From the NCBI GenBank assembly GCA_013265495.1, contig MU058423.1:2247061-2311060 (forward strand): DNA of 64,000 nucleotides, read 5' to 3'. Under the pieces are notes generated by a model. The model was not told the DNA's origin. It worked only from the letters and a program-made list of their open reading frames with translations, and did not search any database. Numbering within the stretch: position 1 is the stretch's first letter; each line of letters begins with the position of its first letter. Positions 23,120 to 64,000 of the stretch are shown here, piece after piece. The translations under genes and the position numbers were made by a program. Source of the DNA: Vicugna vicugna. Taxonomy: Eukaryota.

Positions 23120-23222
23120 AATCCATGAAAATGAATCTATGTATATCCATGTATGACACTGTGCTCTACACCAGAAATTGACACATTATAAACTGACTAT
23201 ACCTCAATTAGAAAATAAATAC
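23120..23222 (+). mobile_element. Short artiodactyl/camelid-type L1 3' end
   Basis: tgtgctctacaccagaaattgacacattataaactgactatacctcaatt resembles the element at 5601-5775. Confidence 0.7.
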
Positions 23223-23229
23223 TCCAATA

Positions 23230-24060
23230 AGGAAAAAATGTAGCAAGTACATTACAAAGTCTTCTCCTGACCCATCTGAGAGTGAGTCATTGACCTGATG
23301 ACCCACCACTCCCTAATACTTTAGTGTTTATTTTCTACAAGCAAACATATTCTATAATAACTACAGTTCAGCCCTTATACAGGAAATTAACACTGATGTT
23401 ACTACCTAGTCCCCAGTCTCAAGTTTCACCAATTGCTCTAATGTTCTTGACGGCAAAATTATCCAGTTCAGTTCACTTAGTTACTGTTAGTCTCTTCAGT
23501 TCTTTGGTCATTCTTTGACTTTGGCGACCTTGGCACTTTTGAAGACTATAGGCCTGTTATTTTGTAAAATGAGTTTTAATTTGGATTTCTTACATTTCCT
23601 CATGATTAGTCAGGTTTTGTACCTGTGGCAGAAATATCACAGAAGGGATGCTGTGTTCTTCTCAAGGCATCCTATCAAGCGGTAGAAGGTGTAGATTTCT
23701 CCAATTATTATTGTTCATTTTGTTCACTTAAGGTGAACTCTGCCAGCCTCTCCACTTTAGATCATTCATTCATTCCTATCAGTATGCTCACAGTTTCCTA
23801 TTTTACTCAATGATTTATGTCATTGTTTTGATGTTCAGATTATTCCAGATTTGTTCAGTATAAGCCCCTTAAAGCTGCCTTCTGTGTCCTTTTAACATGC
23901 AATCATTTTTTGAGGACTCCCTTGTTCACCTCTCCTGCCCTGCCATGGAACCAACCATTTCTCCAGTTTATTGTAGTCTTTTTCCATTCTAATTTATAAT
24001 ACCTCCTCTAAAAATGAGAGAATTGGCTTCCATTATCCTTAGCATTTTTGCTTATTTAAT
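23230..24060 (-). mobile_element. Old L1 (L1MC4-like) 3' fragment
   Basis: aatactttagtgtttatttt...ccttggcacttttgaagactataggc...ttttgatgttcagattattccagattt...catttctcca. Confidence 0.65.
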
Positions 24061-25139
24061 CAAGTTCCCTGTTCCTACCCAATCCACCACTGCCACCCCT
24101 CCCTTGCATGGATGTCCTCCCCATTCCAAGTGTAGAATGACTCCTGGTACTAGGCCACATCCGGCCACATCCCCAGCTCCCACCCACACACACCAGGCTG
24201 GGAACCCACGTGGATGCCTAGCTTGCTCTGCCCTATCTAATGGTAGAATTGTGGGTAAAGGAAAAAGGGGAAGGGGAAGTCTGAGTCTTACTGAGATTTT
24301 ATGTAAATTACACAAAGGAAGAGATATTGATTTTCAGCTGATACATCCTAAACATCTAAAACATATCCTAGCACATGGTAGGCAATAAAAATCACTTTGA
24401 AGAATTGGTTTTATGAGACTGCAGGGTAAACAGTTCATTTAAATTCTTTATATTCAAATATTTAACTTTGAGATATTTTCCCATCTACCATAACAGATAA
24501 CTTAATAAATTGTAAAGTTATCAAATAGATTTATGAGGCAGCTAAAAAAAATGTTTAAATCACTAATTCGGCAATGTGAAATTTATCTTAAATTTGGATT
24601 TATATGCATGGATAATAAAGCTTCACAGAATCAAAAACACTCATTTTACCAGTCTACACTGAAAATATCAACATTGGTTGGGATCAATTTAACAAAACAG
24701 ACAAGGTATTACTTTTGAGCAATATTAACAGATACATTGTTAAATGAGATAACATGAAGACAAATTCAGAGATGAATACAGGTGTAAGAGGGGGTTGAAG
24801 CTTACATAACTTTGAAGGCATTTTTTTCCTAAGGTACAGGGTCTTATAAGAGGATTATGTAAGTGAGGGGCCCTGAAGATTAAATAGCAAGTCACTTCTT
24901 GAAGGAATTTAGAGTGAAAGTGCCTAGGCCCAATGCTTGACACCGAGGAGGCATACAAAACTTAAGATGTTACTGAAGAACACTGTATCCAGCCTGTTCC
25001 TCTACGTATTAGGTCCACAACAAATCTCTATTAGATACTGCTGACTGGCCCATGACCTGTCCCATCTTAGGAAACAGGTTGTAATGAAGTTTTGCTGTTC
25101 AATCAAGAATGACACAGGCTTCCAATAAAGTCTTATTAT

Positions 25140-25155
25140 TTTAATTGACTTTAAT
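25140..25155 (-). terminator. Candidate distal poly(A) signals (2x ATTAAA) of AHCYL1
   Basis: tttaat at 25140-25145 and 25150-25155 on + strand. Confidence 0.6.
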
Positions 25156-26275
25156 GATTATTGCTCATCTGCAAGGATTAATATTGCATTCAATAAAAAT
25201 CATTCAATACAAAATAAACTTGTTCCTCCCAAGTTGCTCTCCACACGCTCCCTCTGATGCCAGACATTTCCCAGTGTCATTTGTTACATGGCTTGACAGA
25301 GATGGAGCCCTAACCTAGTATTCCTATGGACACAGTAATAGAAAAGGGAGTAGGGGCAGGTCAGGGGGCAGCAGGACCTGGGCCCCTTCCCTCAAACAGA
25401 GCTGACGCCATGGATACCACTGTTTGCCAGGTTACCTTTCCTAAAGGATGTGGTGTTCTGATTGGCTGGTTAAATACCCCGGGAAAAAGGGCCTGAACCG
25501 TTAGCATCTAAGAGAAGAAAGCATGGTCACATCGGCAAGGACTGGGAAGGGGCTGGGTGGGGAGAGGAAAGGGAAAAAATTTTGGCAAGATCACTGTCTC
25601 CTGCTAGAAGTCACAGAGTGAAAAGCTTTCCTTCCTTATATTCCTGTTTTAATGCCTGTCTCTCTGATCACTGGCAACAGGGAAATGAAGATTTCTAGTA
25701 TCTAGCACTAATGTCCAACCCAGCTTTGAAGGACCACAAGCTAGAAGAAGTTGAGGATTTAGAATCCTGGATAATTATACACTTAAAGCTCATGAGCATC
25801 AAGCTCATCTGACCATGCAGAAATGCTGGTAAGCAGGGTGCATGGCATGGGAATACATCTCTGAGAGAACCTCTCTGAGGATTCTTTCAGAGTGTGAGCC
25901 AGGAGATACTGATTACTTTCTCTACGCACAAACTGCCTTTTAATATCTTAGTTCAAAAACTTTCTGTGACACGTGTCAATCAAAAGTGGTACCGCTTCTG
26001 TAACACTAATGTTCTATGGGGCCTAAAGTCCCAGGCAAGTTATATGGAGCTAATTTCTCTCACCCTGGCACAATTTATACTTCCTCCTCCCATCCACATC
26101 TTCCTCCCTTTAAATATTTTAAACTGCAGAAGCACAGCTGACCAGAAATCTGCTCTTGAAGGATAAATCCTAAAGATAGAGCTCAGTGCTTTATACTGAG
26201 TAATGGCTCAAGAAATTTGCTTTCAGCCCAAGCTGTATGGGGCAGAGCTGATAAAATTTGCTATTATGGCCCCAG

Positions 26276-26281
26276 TTTATT
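26276..26281 (-). terminator. Candidate proximal poly(A) signal AATAAA of AHCYL1
   Basis: tttatt on + strand, ~860 nt after the stop. Confidence 0.55.
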
Positions 26282-27137
26282 AATGCTATAAACTATGGGC
26301 TAGAAACAGAGAAATAATCAGAGTTTGAGATCAGCATGTCTCTAGACTCAACTCTGTATTTTTAGCTCCAAAAGTTCAAAAGATAAACTGATAACTAACC
26401 ACCCAACCAGCTTCTCAGTATTAAGACTAAACATTTTTCTTTCTTTCTTTTTTAAATACAACAAATAAATGCTAGGGGACAAAATTCAACTTAATAGATT
26501 GCAGTCTGGTTAAAAACCTGAAAAATGAGGTCTGGTGGGAGTGAAGGAGGGGCTGTACTAAATTCAAGTGGGCCTACTGGACCTTAACAAGCAACACTCA
26601 CTAGTACACATCTCTGAACCAAACATACCACCTTTACACAGGAAACAGGGCGTGGAGCATCTAGGGGAAATTAACATGCACCACCTACATCTAACCTACC
26701 TGACTGGTAGGTACCATCCCTGCTCCTCTGAAGAAGTGAAAGAACACTGATTTCAGCAGCTAAGAAATGGGCTCTTTTAAGGCAATTTAGACATTGCAGA
26801 TTGTTCCACATAGAAGGTACCTTAGCATTTCCTGTTAATAAGGTACCCAATTAAGACTATATCGTCCCCAGAAATGGTAAAGAAAGAGTCACCTTTCTGG
26901 GCTGGGAGAGTAAAATCCTTCTTTAGTGACTAGGGTGAGAAACCTTGAATTTCAGTTTCATCTAAAGAGCCATGAAGCAAGTTCCTGTGTGAAGAACTTG
27001 GATAATGAGATGAAGAAACAAGAAAGAAATTATAGGAAAAAAGAAATCAAGAGGAAAGGAATAAGAAGAAATTAAAAGTTATCTTAAAAAATATTTCTTT
27101 TAGAGTCATGTGGACTGGTCCTTGGTAATATGGTCCA

Positions 27138-62250
<35,113 letters not shown>

Positions 62251-64000
62251 AGCCAGGCCTAGGGAAATTCCGGGGCTCAAGATAGCCTACTCACTGCCCT
62301 CGCCCAGGCCCTTGGAACCAGAAGCCCCTTGCCCAGGGGCAGCGTTTTCCTTTAGACACCGTCAGGGTGAGCAGAACAGACCCAGAGCAGTGTGGTTTCT
62401 ATACAACCCTTGTGACCTTCTCCGCCACTGTCTCCGCTGGGCCTTGACAGTTTATGAGACTTTAATGCCACAGTGCTGATGGGATAGGGCTAACAGGACA
62501 GAGGGTGGAGGGGTGGGCAGAGAAATCATTGCTCCCCTCCCCACCCCCCGCCCCCCAGCCAGGCATTACACTCTGCCAGCTCCCAGCGCACCACGGGGGC
62601 ATTCATGGACTATTCATGCTTTTACTGGGCCCTACTATGTGCTGTCGCGGTGCTAAGGCCCTAGATAGTACAGATGTGAGTAATATATTTTATGTTTTGT
62701 AAGGCTTAGTCCAGCAGGCGAGGTAATGTCAGCTGAGGTAGCTTGTCCTTTGACACTGAAATGACATTGGCTCAAACTCCCACGTCCTGTGGAAAGTCCA
62801 ATCCCCTGCCCAGGATTTCTGTGAATTACTGGGGGGACTTAGATTTTCGTAGTTACCTCTGGCTCTAGTTTTCTGCCTCATCTGAAGTTTTAGTCACTAT
62901 TCTGGTCTTGTGGCTGTTTGTTAGTTCCTGCTGTCAGTTAAAATACGGAACACAGTCCCGTCTCCATTCAACCCCCACCCCTATTCCAAAACAACCACAA
63001 AAATAATGCTGTAACATGTAGCAGAACTTTTAATGAAGGTTTGTGGACCACAAGGGAGAGATTACATCACACCACAAACAATTTGAAGTCACATTTCTGA
63101 AATGTTCTGAAAAGTTATTTTGGCTGTCTCGTCACCAGGGACTTCTTATTAGCCACCCCCACCACCAACAGAGCTCCGAAGCCCCCTGTCTCTCATCTCG
63201 CTTTCCCTCTTACTCCCTTCCCCCACTCCTCCTCGACTGACTCTGGGAAGCCAGATTTCTCTCTACTCTGCTGTATATTCAAGTCTTCCCAGGTCCCTTT
63301 TCCTAAATTCCTCCTGTCCCATCTTTTTATATCCAGAAACCCACCAGGTGTTTGACAGGGTCACCTCTTTCAAGAAAGAAGCTGTGGCTTGAAGTGACAT
63401 TTTCCTCACTAGTTTGTATTCACGATTAGGAAGAGTGTGAAATACTTGCTTCTGGGGCCCCAGAAGTCTTAGAGAAGCCCATGTTCCAGCAACCCAGTCC
63501 CATGAGGCTATCTGTTTCAAGTAGGCTGTGGAAGTGCCTGGAAAGATGCACACTTCTTTGGCTCTTAATCTTTAACTATTAGGATTTTCTTGTCTGCCCA
63601 CTCTTTAAGCTCCTCGATTTCCCTCTCAGAGGTATTCCTGCAGCGGAAAGGAGAAGAGATTGGGGAATAGAACACCAGATTTATCCGTAAGGGTGCCAAA
63701 CTGGCACATGTTTTCTTACCTCCCAGTGGGGCCAGGAGCTGCACCTGCCCACTGAGGACTCTTTGGACATACGGCTGAAGTGGATTTCATCCTGTGGGTT
63801 TGCCCAAACTATTGTCAGAGTTCAGGGATAAGAGCTGCCTGCTTAGAGAACGGAGGCAGAGCCAGTTGGAACAGAGGTGAAAACTCCACATCCCTTGAAT
63901 AGGAAAGCATGTGACTTATTGTATTTAGGGGAGGGGGGAAGCACAGGTATTTCTGTCTTTTAGATTTCATTTTCAAAATTCCCATTGGCTGAGAGCTTTG

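Larger units (their letters stand above)
25120..27137 (-). other. AHCYL1: AHCYL1 3' UTR (distal end approximate)
   Basis: Repeat-poor ~2 kb stretch after the stop codon, ending after two ATTAAA hexamers. Confidence 0.7.

Overview
Mammalian genomic DNA, probably camelid judging by a Vic-1-like tRNA-derived SINE and artiodactyl-type L1 3' ends. Two intron-rich genes lie in tandem on the minus strand. AHCYL1 (IRBIT) has 17 coding exons from a CpG island at about 61.4-62.2 kb to the TAA at 27138, followed by an ~2 kb 3' UTR. STRIP1 (FAM40A) starts at ATG 13265 in a second CpG island, and exons 1-16 are visible before it runs off the window start. All splice junctions I traced are GT-AG and in frame. 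The ~11.8 kb intergenic gap is packed with old and nested transposons. The main anomaly is that AHCYL1 exon 1 lacks the conserved N-terminal MSMPDAMPLP and its ATGs: 5' UTR sequence is joined directly to codon ~12, which is either a real deletion or an assembly collapse. I found no evidence of a new multi-gene biological system. Orthologue and repeat-family comparisons are from memory, not database searches, and repeat boundaries are approximate unless a target-site duplication (TSD) is given.
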